Shown here in pieces: positions 50,173-59,838 of a DNA stretch of 64,000 nucleotides. The stretch comes from a bacterium (GTDB lineage Bacteria; Patescibacteriota; Minisyncoccia; Phycocordibacterales; JAGLPS01). The notes below the pieces were generated by a model. The model saw only the letters and a program-made list of their open reading frames with translations. It had not been told where the DNA came from and searched no databases. The stretch lies in contig JAUYHB010000027.1 of NCBI GenBank assembly GCA_030690305.1, positions 15,670-79,669 on the forward strand. Direction: 5' to 3'. A program made the translations under genes and the position numbers. Position 1 is the first letter of the stretch; each line of letters opens with the position of its first letter.

Positions 50173-51522
50173 ATGGAAAAAAGCGACACATATTCTACGC
50201 AAATTGTTGTTACCCGTTTCGCCCCCTCTCCAACAGGGTTTTTCACTCTTGGTAATTGCCGCACCGCGCTGTTTAACTATATTTACGCCCGCCAACATGA
50301 GGGCAAGTTTATTCTCCGTATCGAAGATACCGACAAGGAACGCAGCAAGAAAGAGTACGAGGACGACATTCTGGAAAATTTCAAATGGCTCGGCTTTTCC
50401 CACGATGAGTTTTACAGACAATCAGAAAGAGGGGACGTATACAGACGATATCTGGAGAAACTCATTACCGAAGGAAAAGCATACGTTTCCAAAGAAGAGA
50501 TGGTAAAAGAAGGGGACAGGAGTGAGGTCATCCGTTTCAAAAATCCGGGCACGAAAATCTGTTTTGCCGACCTCATCCGAGGAGAAGTCTGTTTTGACAC
50601 GACGGAGCTGAAAGACTTCGTCATTGCAAAAAGTCTCGACGAACCCGTATTTCATTTTGCCGTTGTTATAGACGATTTTGAAATGGGCGTAACCCACGTT
50701 ATTCGCGGAGAAGACCATATTTCAAACACTCCGCGACAAATTCTTGTGCAGGAGGCCATCGGCGCTCCTCGTCCGGCATACGCGCACCTTCCTTTGATTC
50801 TCGCGCCGGACCGTTCGAAGCTTTCCAAAAGAAACGGGGGAATGTCCATACGCGAATGCAGAGAGCGGGGCTACCTTCCGGAAGCCGTCATCAACTACCT
50901 CGCCCTTTTGGGTTGGAATCCGGGAACCGACCAGGAGAAACTCTCCCTTGAAAATCTTATCCTCCAATTCCGTCTTAATAAGATACAGAAGGGCGGCGCC
51001 GTCTTTAACCCCGAAAAGTTCAATTGGGTAAACAAAGAGTACATACGGGACCTTCCCCAGGAAAAAATGACCGAGATTATCGGGCAATACGCGGCAGCGG
51101 CGGGAAAAACGCTTCCCGGAGAAATGGCGGTAAAAATAACCCCGCTTGTAACCGAGCGCGTTGAAAAATTGGAAGACCTCAAAGCCATGTTTGATTCCGG
51201 AGAACTCGATTTCTTTGTCGGGACACCCGAATATCCGGCCGAAAAACTTTCCTGGAAAGATACGCCGAAAGAAAAAACAATCACCAATTTAAAAACGGCG
51301 CTCACCATACTTTCAACTCTTTCTGAAGAAGAATTCAATGCGACGGAAGTAAAAGAGGCGTTGTGGGAATATGCCGAGAAAGAGGGGCGGGGAAACGTGC
51401 TGTGGCCCATACGGTTTTCATTATCGGGAAAAGACAAATCTCCCGACCCGTTCACCCTCGCAAGCGTGTTGGGGAAAAAAGAAACCTTGGCCCGCATATC
51501 AAGCGCGATTCAAAAATTATAA
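50173..51522 (+). CDS. gltX: glutamate--tRNA ligase
   Basis: RFAPSPTG, LRIEDTD, THVIRGEDH, KLSKR. Confidence 0.96.
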   Translation: MEKSDTYSTQIVVTRFAPSPTGFFTLGNCRTALFNYIYARQHEGKFILRIEDTDKERSKKEYEDDILENFKWLGFSHDEFYRQSERGDVYRRYLEKLITEGKAYVSKEEMVKEGDRSEVIRFKNPGTKICFADLIRGEVCFDTTELKDFVIAKSLDEPVFHFAVVIDDFEMGVTHVIRGEDHISNTPRQILVQEAIGAPRPAYAHLPLILAPDRSKLSKRNGGMSIRECRERGYLPEAVINYLALLGWNPGTDQEKLSLENLILQFRLNKIQKGGAVFNPEKFNWVNKEYIRDLPQEKMTEIIGQYAAAAGKTLPGEMAVKITPLVTERVEKLEDLKAMFDSGELDFFVGTPEYPAEKLSWKDTPKEKTITNLKTALTILSTLSEEEFNATEVKEALWEYAEKEGRGNVLWPIRFSLSGKDKSPDPFTLASVLGKKETLARISSAIQKL

Positions 51523-51524
51523 CA

Positions 51525-52832
51525 ATGAAATTTTCATGGCAAAAGATTTTCATATTGACGCTCGCTGTCGCACTAACATTTGCTCCACAAAGCAAAGGGG
51601 CTACCGTTGAGGAACTCCAAGGAAAAATCACCGACAAAAGCACCCAGATAGAGCAACTGGAAAAAGAAATACAGCAGTACCAAAAAGAACTTACGGAAAC
51701 AGGTAAACAGGCCCAAACGCTCCAGAATGCGGTCAAAACGCTTGATACGACGGCTAAAAAGCTTGCCGCCGACGTCAGACTAACCGAACAAAAAATCAGT
51801 GTCGCAAATGACAGCATTAGTGACCTTAGTGACGGGATTTCTGTTAAGGAAGAGGAAATTTTGCAGAATCTCGCCGCTATTGAAAAAACGTTGCGGAATA
51901 TCAATGCCGCTGATGATGCGACCTTGATTGAAATATTTCTTTCAAATACCGACTTATCGGAATTTTGGAACGAAATTGAAAACCTTCAGCGTTTCCAGAT
52001 CGGGGTGCGCGAAAAACTCGGCGAATTAAGAAACTTGAAAGTAGACCTGCAGGACAAGAAGACAAGTGAGGAAAAAAGAAAAAAAGAACTGGTTTTTCTT
52101 AAAAGCCAGCTTGCCGACCAGCAAAAAATCGTGACCGCGAATAAACTGGAAAAGAGCACGCTGCTCAAACAGACACAAAACAAAGAATCGGAATACAAAA
52201 AACTTCTCACGGAAAAGCAGAAGCAAAAAGAAGCGTTCGAGAGGGAACTGGCCCAGTACGAATCCGACCTCAAAATCGCCATTGACCCGAATTCCATTCC
52301 CAAAGCTTCGGCTATTTTTACCTGGCCGTTTGACACTTCCAAAGTTAAACCCCTTTCAATCATTACCCAGCTTTTTGGCGGCACCGAATTCGCCAAATTG
52401 AACCCCCAGGTCTACGGCAGACCGTTCCACAATGGCACGGACTTCGGTATGCCTGTAGGAACCCCGATTTTAAGCGCCTTAGGCGGAGTGGTGGAAGATT
52501 CCGGCAATACCGACGCTTTCCCGGGCTGTTATTCGTACGGGAAATGGGTCTTGGTTAAGCACTCAAACGGCCTTTCAACCCTTTATGCACACCTTTCCTT
52601 GATAAAAGTAACCCCGGGCAGCCAACTTTCAACCGGCTCGCTTCTCGGGTACAGCGGCAATACCGGTTACAGCACCGGGCCGCACCTCCATTTCACCGTG
52701 TATCTCACCAAAGGCGTGCAGGTTATCCGTTTCGGCGAAGCGAAAAAAGTTACGAACTGCGCCGACGCTCGAATTCCCATCGCTCCGTACGATGCGTACC
52801 TTGATCCTATGCTATACTTACCATCGAAATAG
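51525..52832 (+). CDS. coiled-coil M23 peptidoglycan endopeptidase (EnvC/NlpD-like)
   Basis: signal peptide, long coiled coil, HNGTD, YAHL, GPHLH. Confidence 0.92.
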   Translation: MKFSWQKIFILTLAVALTFAPQSKGATVEELQGKITDKSTQIEQLEKEIQQYQKELTETGKQAQTLQNAVKTLDTTAKKLAADVRLTEQKISVANDSISDLSDGISVKEEEILQNLAAIEKTLRNINAADDATLIEIFLSNTDLSEFWNEIENLQRFQIGVREKLGELRNLKVDLQDKKTSEEKRKKELVFLKSQLADQQKIVTANKLEKSTLLKQTQNKESEYKKLLTEKQKQKEAFERELAQYESDLKIAIDPNSIPKASAIFTWPFDTSKVKPLSIITQLFGGTEFAKLNPQVYGRPFHNGTDFGMPVGTPILSALGGVVEDSGNTDAFPGCYSYGKWVLVKHSNGLSTLYAHLSLIKVTPGSQLSTGSLLGYSGNTGYSTGPHLHFTVYLTKGVQVIRFGEAKKVTNCADARIPIAPYDAYLDPMLYLPSK

Positions 52833-52889
52833 AATTTAATGAAAAAATTAATTTAAATTTTAATTTTATTCGCCAAAAAAGTTATCAAC

Positions 52890-53144
52890 ATGTACAAAAG
52901 AGGATTCATTAGGGATATAATCATAATTGTCATTGCGGTCCTTGCCTTGGGTTACTTCGGTTTCGATATCAAAGGATGGCTCGACTCTCCTGAAGTGAAA
53001 GCGGTAGTCGGACCGGCGCTTGAATTCATCGAAAACATTTGGACTAACTACATTCAAGGATTCGCAGACTACCTGTGGAACGATATTATCATAGGGGTCG
53101 TCTGGCAGTGGATTCTTTCGATTATAGAAACAATCAAAAACTAA
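52890..53144 (+). CDS. small membrane protein
   Basis: KRGF followed by a hydrophobic helix (prepilin-like N-terminus). Confidence 0.65.
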   Translation: MYKRGFIRDIIIIVIAVLALGYFGFDIKGWLDSPEVKAVVGPALEFIENIWTNYIQGFADYLWNDIIIGVVWQWILSIIETIKN

Positions 53145-53165
53145 TTTTACGGACACGAAGTTCAG

Positions 53166-53366
53166 GTGAAAGCGATTAAAATTCTACTTTTTATCCTTGC
53201 TGTTCCAATTCTCGCGCCTTTAATGTGGCTTTCTCACCAGGCAGACCAATACTGGAGAGAGGGCAAAGAAGCGCCGTTTTGGTATTACCTCCTTTTCATA
53301 TTTATTGCTCCCGCTAACGCGGTTTTATATGTCGTCGAGGAGCATTGGGAGGAGCTTTTGGATTAG
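53166..53366 (+). CDS. small membrane protein
   Basis: two hydrophobic segments. Confidence 0.5.
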   Translation: MKAIKILLFILAVPILAPLMWLSHQADQYWREGKEAPFWYYLLFIFIAPANAVLYVVEEHWEELLD

Positions 53367-53463
53367 CTTTTTGCAAGCATCTTAAACCCTCGTAATATTT
53401 CAACCGTTATAGGGGATTTTATTTTTGTGCTAAAATACAGGACTATATTTAGCCATTACTACA

Positions 53464-54168
53464 ATGTACAAAATCATCTTATTGCGGCATGGCCTTTCAG
53501 ATTGGAATAAACAGAACCTTTTTACAGGATGGGAAGATATCGATTTAAATGAAGAGGGAATTCAAGAGGCCCATGAAGCGGCAGAGCTCCTCAAGGAAAA
53601 TGGTTTTACATTCGATCTGGCTTTTACGTCTGTTTTAAAACGGGCAATTAATACCCTCTCAATTCTTTTGAGCGATATGCATTTAACCGGCATTCAGATA
53701 GAAAAATCATGGCGTCTCAATGAGCGTCATTACGGGACTCTCCAAGGTCTTAATAAGGATGAAGTTAAACGGCAATATGGTGAAGAACTATTCAAGGCAT
53801 GGCGCAGAGGTTACGCTACCCGACCTCCAGCAGTGTTAAAAACGGACAAAAGATATCCTGGAAATGATCCTCTATATGGAGACCTTTCTCCTTTGGAATT
53901 ACCGACCAGTGAGTCTCTTAAAGACACGTACGACCGATTCTTGCCATATTGGCACGAGGAGATCGCTCCTCAGATAAAGAAAAGGAAGAAAATAATCATC
54001 TGTACCCACGGCAATCTTATCCGGGCTCTTGTTAAATATCTTGATAACGTCTCAGACAACGATATTGCCGAATTCAGTATTGAGACAGGAATTCCGCTTG
54101 TCTATGAACTTGATGAAAAGTTGGCTCCCATCAGGCACTATTATTTGGAAAAAAAGGTTAAAGTGTAG
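53464..54168 (+). CDS. gpmA: 2,3-BPG-dependent phosphoglycerate mutase
   Basis: LRHG, FTGW.D, LNERHYG.LQG, THGN. Confidence 0.96.
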   Translation: MYKIILLRHGLSDWNKQNLFTGWEDIDLNEEGIQEAHEAAELLKENGFTFDLAFTSVLKRAINTLSILLSDMHLTGIQIEKSWRLNERHYGTLQGLNKDEVKRQYGEELFKAWRRGYATRPPAVLKTDKRYPGNDPLYGDLSPLELPTSESLKDTYDRFLPYWHEEIAPQIKKRKKIIICTHGNLIRALVKYLDNVSDNDIAEFSIETGIPLVYELDEKLAPIRHYYLEKKVKV

Positions 54169-54221
54169 AGTAAAAGCCCCTCATAAATTGATTGAGGGTC
54201 TTTTTATTGTAAAATAAACAC

Positions 54222-55265
54222 ATGTCAAAAGTTTTTGTGACTGGAGGAACAGGCTTTGTCGGCTCGGCCCTCGTGCGGGCACTTGTTGCGCACGGGGATG
54301 AAGTAACACTTCTTGTTCAAAAAAACGACTCCCAAGCCAAAAGTGTTGACGGTCTTGCGATAAAAATAGTTGAGGGAGATATTTTAAACCTCGACAGTTT
54401 TAAAGTTGCGGCGCAGGGGACTGAAGTCTTCTATCATGCCGCTTTTTTGTACACACTTCCGGCTATAGGGATTAGAAAAGAACCCCGAATGGACGCAGTC
54501 AATCTACAAGGCACAAAAAATGCCGTGGAAGTGGCTCAAAGTGTGGGAGTAAAAAAGTTTGTATTTACAAGCTCCGTATACACCATAGGACAGTTGGGAA
54601 AACACATTACCGCCGACGAGAAAGACCATATCCCTCCGGGAAAAGAAATTGGCTATTACGGGCGAACAAAAAGAATTGCGGAAGATTATGTTCTTACAAA
54701 GGCTCGCGCGGAGGGATTTCCCGCGGTAGTCGTCAATCCATCGGCAATTTTCGGACCGGGGGATTCGCGCCCCACACCGTCCGGGGAAATTGTCATTAAA
54801 TTCCTTCAAAAGAAATATCCGGGGTATTTTGACGCGCTTGTCGCCGTTGCCGATGTTGATGATGTCGCACAAGGTCATATCCTTGCCGCGGAACGCGGAA
54901 AAATAGGAGAACGATATATTTTATGTAATGAGAAAAATTACACGGAAAAAGAATTATTTGAAATATTTGAAAAAGTATCAGGTATTCCTGCTCCCAAAAC
55001 AAAATTTCCCGTATGGTTCATGAACATATTCGTCCAAGCCGACGAATGGATCAGAAGATTCTTCCCGAAGCACAAGGTGCTCATATACTGGGACCATTTC
55101 CGTCTTGCCAAGGATTTTGTCGCATTTAGCAACAAAAAGGCCGTTATGGAGCTTGGCTGGACTACAAAACCATTCGAAGAAACGGCCCGGAAGGCGGTTC
55201 TGTGGTACAAAGCACACGGTATGTGGCATAAAGCCGGCATATCAGATTCGGGGGACATGAAATAA
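54222..55265 (+). CDS. NAD-dependent epimerase/dehydratase (extended SDR)
   Basis: TGGTGFVG, YGRTK (YxxxK). Confidence 0.9.
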   Translation: MSKVFVTGGTGFVGSALVRALVAHGDEVTLLVQKNDSQAKSVDGLAIKIVEGDILNLDSFKVAAQGTEVFYHAAFLYTLPAIGIRKEPRMDAVNLQGTKNAVEVAQSVGVKKFVFTSSVYTIGQLGKHITADEKDHIPPGKEIGYYGRTKRIAEDYVLTKARAEGFPAVVVNPSAIFGPGDSRPTPSGEIVIKFLQKKYPGYFDALVAVADVDDVAQGHILAAERGKIGERYILCNEKNYTEKELFEIFEKVSGIPAPKTKFPVWFMNIFVQADEWIRRFFPKHKVLIYWDHFRLAKDFVAFSNKKAVMELGWTTKPFEETARKAVLWYKAHGMWHKAGISDSGDMK

Positions 55266-55406
55266 TAAAAATAAATTTTTCGTCCCGAATAAAAAATTTT
55301 ATCTCGATAGAGGAGTGGAGGTTCGATAATACCGCCATAGAGTCGTATACAAAAAGAAGACTTAAAGGGGGTGTCAAAAGAGGTCTCCTTATTTGCCCCT
55401 ATGGTA

Positions 55407-55434
55407 ACGTCGCAAAAGATATATTGTGCGACGT
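55407..55434. other. dif-like tyrosine-recombinase core site
   Basis: ACGTCGCAAAA-GATATA-TTGTGCGACGT: 11-6-11 inverted arms, about 160 bp from the 3' end of a Xer-like gene. Confidence 0.7.
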
Positions 55435-55596
55435 TCCAGAGTTATCCACAGGGGCTTTACAAAGCCCCTTTTCTTCAGTATTCCCTAACCCAGCCGAATT
55501 CGATGTGAATCTAAACTGTAAATGTTCTTGATGACTTCACTATACAGTTATCATCGAGAGATGCAAGCCAAGCCCTGTGGATATTAATGAACAATG

Positions 55597-56592
55597 CTAC
55601 GCAACGGCAATAACGCCTTCACCCGGCATGACCCCCCTTCCCCACTCGTTGTCCTCAAAAATTTTTCTATACGTTTCTTCGATCTCAAGTCTGCTTAATT
55701 TCGTATAGTGAGCAATCGTATGAGGCGTAGAATGTCCCACCAACAATGCAATGATGGCATCAGGCACTCCTTTCTTCGCTAATCGATGTATGAATCCGTG
55801 CCGGAAAGAATGAGGACAAATTATCCTTTCTATCCCGGCCAATCGTGTCGTTTCCTTAACCATTCTCTCCACTGAGCGAGAAGTAATTCCATCTCTAAAA
55901 TTTCCCTTCAGCCCAATAAATAGGGCGCTAGTCAGTTTTGCACTTTGGCAGAATTGGGTTCGCGCTATCATATATTCCTTTACTACACGAGCAGTCTCAT
56001 CTGTCCAGAACACTCTTCGTTTGCGGGTAGTCTTTTCTGTTTTGATCACTGCGGTTCCTTCCTCCATATCCTCGATGTTCAAAGCACATAACTCTCCTAC
56101 TCTCATTCCAGTGTCGTGCAGAAGACGGATAATACACTGATTCCTGAGATCAAAAATTCCATACTCCTGCAAGGCCGCTAACATCTGTTGATATTCATCT
56201 TCCGTAATCGCATTATGCGAATTGGCGATAGCAGTTGGAACCTTCACCAGATATAGAGGAAGAGATAATTTGCCTTGTTCCTTCCAGAATCGAAGATAGT
56301 TGTAAATGATGTTCATGCCATACTCTACATTCTTCGGTGAGTATACCGCTTGGATCATCCTCATGAACATCGTGATATCAGATAATTCAAGTTTCTCTGG
56401 ATCCTTTCCTACAAAACTCTGAAACCGCTCAACCCATATTCTGTACGCCTTAAAGGCTGTCCTTGAATGAGTCTCTTTCCACATTAAGTATTCTTCTACC
56501 GGCCCATGCGTGGTTGTGATAATCTTCTGGCCTAATCTCCGTCGGATGTTTATCAGCCTATCTAAAGCTACGTAATCTTTTTCTATTTGCAT
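55597..56592 (-). CDS. XerC/D-like tyrosine recombinase/integrase
   Basis: TGMRVGEL (R), HSFRH (HxxR), VGHS (H), TIAHY (Y); start 56592 ATG or 56622 GTG. Confidence 0.92.
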   Translation of the reverse strand: MQIEKDYVALDRLINIRRRLGQKIITTTHGPVEEYLMWKETHSRTAFKAYRIWVERFQSFVGKDPEKLELSDITMFMRMIQAVYSPKNVEYGMNIIYNYLRFWKEQGKLSLPLYLVKVPTAIANSHNAITEDEYQQMLAALQEYGIFDLRNQCIIRLLHDTGMRVGELCALNIEDMEEGTAVIKTEKTTRKRRVFWTDETARVVKEYMIARTQFCQSAKLTSALFIGLKGNFRDGITSRSVERMVKETTRLAGIERIICPHSFRHGFIHRLAKKGVPDAIIALLVGHSTPHTIAHYTKLSRLEIEETYRKIFEDNEWGRGVMPGEGVIAVA

Positions 56593-56599
56593 AAAGTTT

Positions 56600-56930
56600 T
56601 CAAATAAGGCGGGTAATAGCACATTAACCCTCGGTGAGTGAACATCAGGTACTGCTTTTAGGCACCCTTAATTAAGGTTGACTGTGCTCCCACTGCTAAT
56701 TAAAGCAGCGGGAATTATTACCACCTTAGAACTTCGGTTTACCGGCCTCTTGATCTTAGGTAGGCAAAACAAAACCATCCACCTCTACGTTCAATTTACC
56801 GGCCTTGGCGAAAGGTGGCTAGTATACTTGAATTTGTGCCACTCTTCCTGCCCGTTTCCTCATTGGCAGTTGCCCTGTTATCCACAGGTAAGTTAGGGGT
56901 CACAACGTAAAGGCGGCGATCTTGCCAAAC
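56600..56930 (-). ncRNA. candidate structured leader RNA upstream of the recombinase
   Basis: TTGACA-16-TAGTAT at 56934-56961 (minus); two repeated AGGCCGGTAAA-YYGAA stem modules and further hairpins. Confidence 0.5.
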
Positions 56931-57075
56931 GCCATACTACTGTCTTCTCGAATCTTGTCAAAGAACTCAGCATGCCTTACCAATCATATACAAATACCTC
57001 TACATACATGGTATGTAGGACTAACTTGTGGCCTCAATCGGCCAACTATCTCTTAACTGAGGACTGGTTCACTAG

Positions 57076-57208
57076 TTCCCCGCGTGTCGTGCTCGCGCCC
57101 GACTTGCTCTTCTTCCTGACGGCTATCGGGTTTGTCTCCGCACTATCGTTTGAGTCTGCACCAAGAAGCGCAAGTCGGCCGCTCGATTGAGCGTCGACAC
57201 GCGGGGAA
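57076..57208. repeat. long imperfect inverted repeat (candidate oriT or ssDNA structure)
   Basis: ttccccgcgtgtcg...ccgacttgc...gcaagtcgg...cgacacgcggggaa. Confidence 0.7.
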
Positions 57209-57402
57209 AAGCTCAAACGATTAACCACTACGTGCTCACTACTCATTGCCTGCTGGCAATCAATTTTCCATAAGTTATAATTACCCCGGACTCATTGCAC
57301 ATTCCAGTAAGCCGCTCAGGCTTCAAAATCAGCTCCCACTACCCTTTCGGCTCGTTTCTCATACCGTATGTCGGCAAGGGACTGGAAGCTGGCTTTGCAA
57401 CC

Positions 57403-58683
57403 ATGAGTAACGAAATCCTTGCAGGCAAAAGACTTTCTTGGGGAGGGACGGAAACGCTCTTTGGAATCAAGACGGAAGACAGCCGGAGACATGTGTATAT
57501 CGTCGGAAAGACGGGTTCGGGTAAGAGTACGCTCTTACATAATTTTCTCGTTCAACACATCGAAGCCGGCCACGGCATAGGCCTCATCGATCCTCACGGA
57601 GACCTCGCGCATGATCTTCTCGATTACATCCCCTCGTGGAGAACGCGTGATGTCGTCTATCTCAATCCAGCCGACCTCAAATATCCCGTAGGAATTAATC
57701 TCTTTGCCGATATTCCTTTCGACAGACGCCATCAGGCCGCTTCGGGGATTGTCAGTTCGTTTAAAAGTATCTGGCGGGACTCATGGGGGCCCCGTCTTGA
57801 ATATATCCTCTATAACGCAGTCGCCGCTCTGCTTGACTGCGAGAATACGACCATCTTGGGAATTCCAAGACTTCTCACGGATTCTTCATACCGGAAATGG
57901 GTAGTAAAACAGGTGCGTGATCCATTTGTGAAGGCTTTCTGGGTCAATGAGTATGAAAACTACGATAACCGCTTTATGCGGGAGGCTATCGCTCCAATTC
58001 AAAATAAAATCGGCCAGTTTCTTACGACTCCCGCGATTCGCAACATCTTGGGCCAAGTAAAAAGCACCGTTGATTTCCGGTTTATGATCGACAATGAACG
58101 GATTTTCATAGCCAATCTCGCCAAAGGATCTCTTGGCGAAGATAAAGCAAACCTCTTGGGCTCGCTTTTAGTCACTCAATTACAGCTTGCGGTCATGTCC
58201 CGCACGGATATCCCCGAGGAAGAACGAAAAGACTATTTTCTGGTGATTGACGAATTCCAGTCGCTGACGACGGACAGTTTCGCTTCCATTCTCTCCGAAG
58301 CCCGCAAGTACCGCCTCTCCCTCATCCTCAGTCATCAGTACCTTGACCAAATCACACCTGAAGTAAGGCAGGCGATTCTCGGCAACGTCGGCACCATCAT
58401 TTCTTTCTGCGTAGGCAATACCGACGCCGAAATATTGGAAAAGGAATTAGGTAATTCTCATTCAGCCGAGCAGTTCACCGATCTAAAAAGATATGAGATA
58501 ATTGTTAAGCTGCTTGCAGATGGCGAGTACCTTGAGCCGTTCCGGGCAAGAACGCTTTCGAAGATGGGAATTTCGAAATACCATCGAGAAAGGATAGTGG
58601 AACAATCAAGACAACGATATTCCTTAAAAAGAGAAATCGTTGAAAATAAAATCGCCAGATGGCTGCATAGCGCATCAGCATAA
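57403..58683 (+). CDS. type IV coupling protein / HerA-TrwB-like ATPase
   Basis: GKTGSGKS Walker A, IDPHGD, DEFQ Walker B, SEARKY, HQYLDQ, GNVGT. Confidence 0.9.
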   Translation: MSNEILAGKRLSWGGTETLFGIKTEDSRRHVYIVGKTGSGKSTLLHNFLVQHIEAGHGIGLIDPHGDLAHDLLDYIPSWRTRDVVYLNPADLKYPVGINLFADIPFDRRHQAASGIVSSFKSIWRDSWGPRLEYILYNAVAALLDCENTTILGIPRLLTDSSYRKWVVKQVRDPFVKAFWVNEYENYDNRFMREAIAPIQNKIGQFLTTPAIRNILGQVKSTVDFRFMIDNERIFIANLAKGSLGEDKANLLGSLLVTQLQLAVMSRTDIPEEERKDYFLVIDEFQSLTTDSFASILSEARKYRLSLILSHQYLDQITPEVRQAILGNVGTIISFCVGNTDAEILEKELGNSHSAEQFTDLKRYEIIVKLLADGEYLEPFRARTLSKMGISKYHRERIVEQSRQRYSLKREIVENKIARWLHSASA

Positions 58684-58723
58684 TTTTGTCACAACAAACC
58701 TGCCGAAAACGGGGCGGCGGGTT

Positions 58724-59677
58724 ATGAAATATATGGTATTTATAAGAACCCCGAGGTTCAATCGTTCCGCTAAAACTCAACATATCCGCGTCACTCCACG
58801 CGATCTCCACATCATCCACCACGTCTTCAGATATCGCCTTCTAAGCTCTAAGCAAATTGCGACTCTTACAGAAGGCAGTCATCAAAACTTATTAAGACGA
58901 CTCAAGCTGTTGTACAACAACCGCTATCTCGACCGGCCCATAAGCCAGCTCGACTACTACCGCGCCGGCGGTTCTCATCCGATGATTTACGCTCTCGGCA
59001 ATCGCGGCGCGGATTTGATCCAAGCTAAATTCGGCATTCCAAGGACGGAGATCGATTGGACGGCAAAAAACCGATCCGTCAAACGGCTTTTTATTCAACA
59101 CACCTTATCGGTCTCTGAAATTCTCGTCCGGTTGAAATCCAGATGCCGGGATAGTGATGTGGAATTTCTGGAAAAAGAAAAGGCCCTGCGGAATCTTGCC
59201 GGTACTTCACCAGCACACAAAAAACTTGGCTGGAATGTATCCGTCCCTTTTAATAAGGACGTATTTTCAATTGGAGTGATCCCCGACTACCTATTCGGCC
59301 TGCGCCCCCAAAACGGCACCGATACGGTTTACTTCTTCCTCGAAGTCGATAGAGGCACCATGCCTGTCATGCGGAAGAATTTGAATCAGACTTCATTTTA
59401 TCGAAAACTCCTTGCTTACCATGAGACATGGAGACAAGAGCTTCACACTTCCCTCTTCGGATTGAAAAGATTTCGCGTGCTCGTTGTCGTAAACAGCAAA
59501 GAGCGACTGAGTCATCTCATTGCGGCGAACAAACTGCTTAATGACGGCAAGGGATCAGGTATCTTTCTCTTTGCGAGCATGTCCGATGTTGATTCCTGCG
59601 AAAATATTTTAAATTTGCCCTTTATTGATGGACACGGTGATTCGACTTCCTCTTTACTAACGGACATAGGAAGCTGA
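58724..59677 (+). CDS. replication-relaxation (Replic_Relax) family relaxase
   Basis: TPRDL.I wHTH, HTL, IPD, FFLEVDRGT, KLLAY. Confidence 0.85.
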   Translation: MKYMVFIRTPRFNRSAKTQHIRVTPRDLHIIHHVFRYRLLSSKQIATLTEGSHQNLLRRLKLLYNNRYLDRPISQLDYYRAGGSHPMIYALGNRGADLIQAKFGIPRTEIDWTAKNRSVKRLFIQHTLSVSEILVRLKSRCRDSDVEFLEKEKALRNLAGTSPAHKKLGWNVSVPFNKDVFSIGVIPDYLFGLRPQNGTDTVYFFLEVDRGTMPVMRKNLNQTSFYRKLLAYHETWRQELHTSLFGLKRFRVLVVVNSKERLSHLIAANKLLNDGKGSGIFLFASMSDVDSCENILNLPFIDGHGDSTSSLLTDIGS

Positions 59678-59702
59678 TATTCTCGCATCTTCAGAAAGTT
59701 AC

Positions 59703-59740
59703 AAAAGCCCTGCCATACAGCAGGGCTTTTCTTTCTTCTT
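59703..59740 (+). terminator. intrinsic terminator
   Basis: aaaagccctgc...gcagggctttt. Confidence 0.75.
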
Positions 59741-59838
59741 GTTATCCACACCCCCTCCCTTCTGAACTTCAGTCCCCGGCGTATACTTACGATTGGAACT
59801 GTTCATTTTGAGAAACTCAAATCCAAAGGAGGCGATCT

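Noticed and set aside
55442..55583. Chromosomal oriC
   Set aside because: Only one perfect and one near DnaA box locally, no dnaA/dnaN, and it is adjacent to a dif-like site.
57075..57212. Resemblance of GTTCCCCGCG...GCGGGGA to a type I-E CRISPR repeat
   Set aside because: Single inverted pair, no spaced direct repeats and no cas operon.
56678..57246. Small ORFs 56678-56896, 56972-57190 and 57046-57246
   Set aside because: No RBS or motifs; they overlap structured non-coding sequence.
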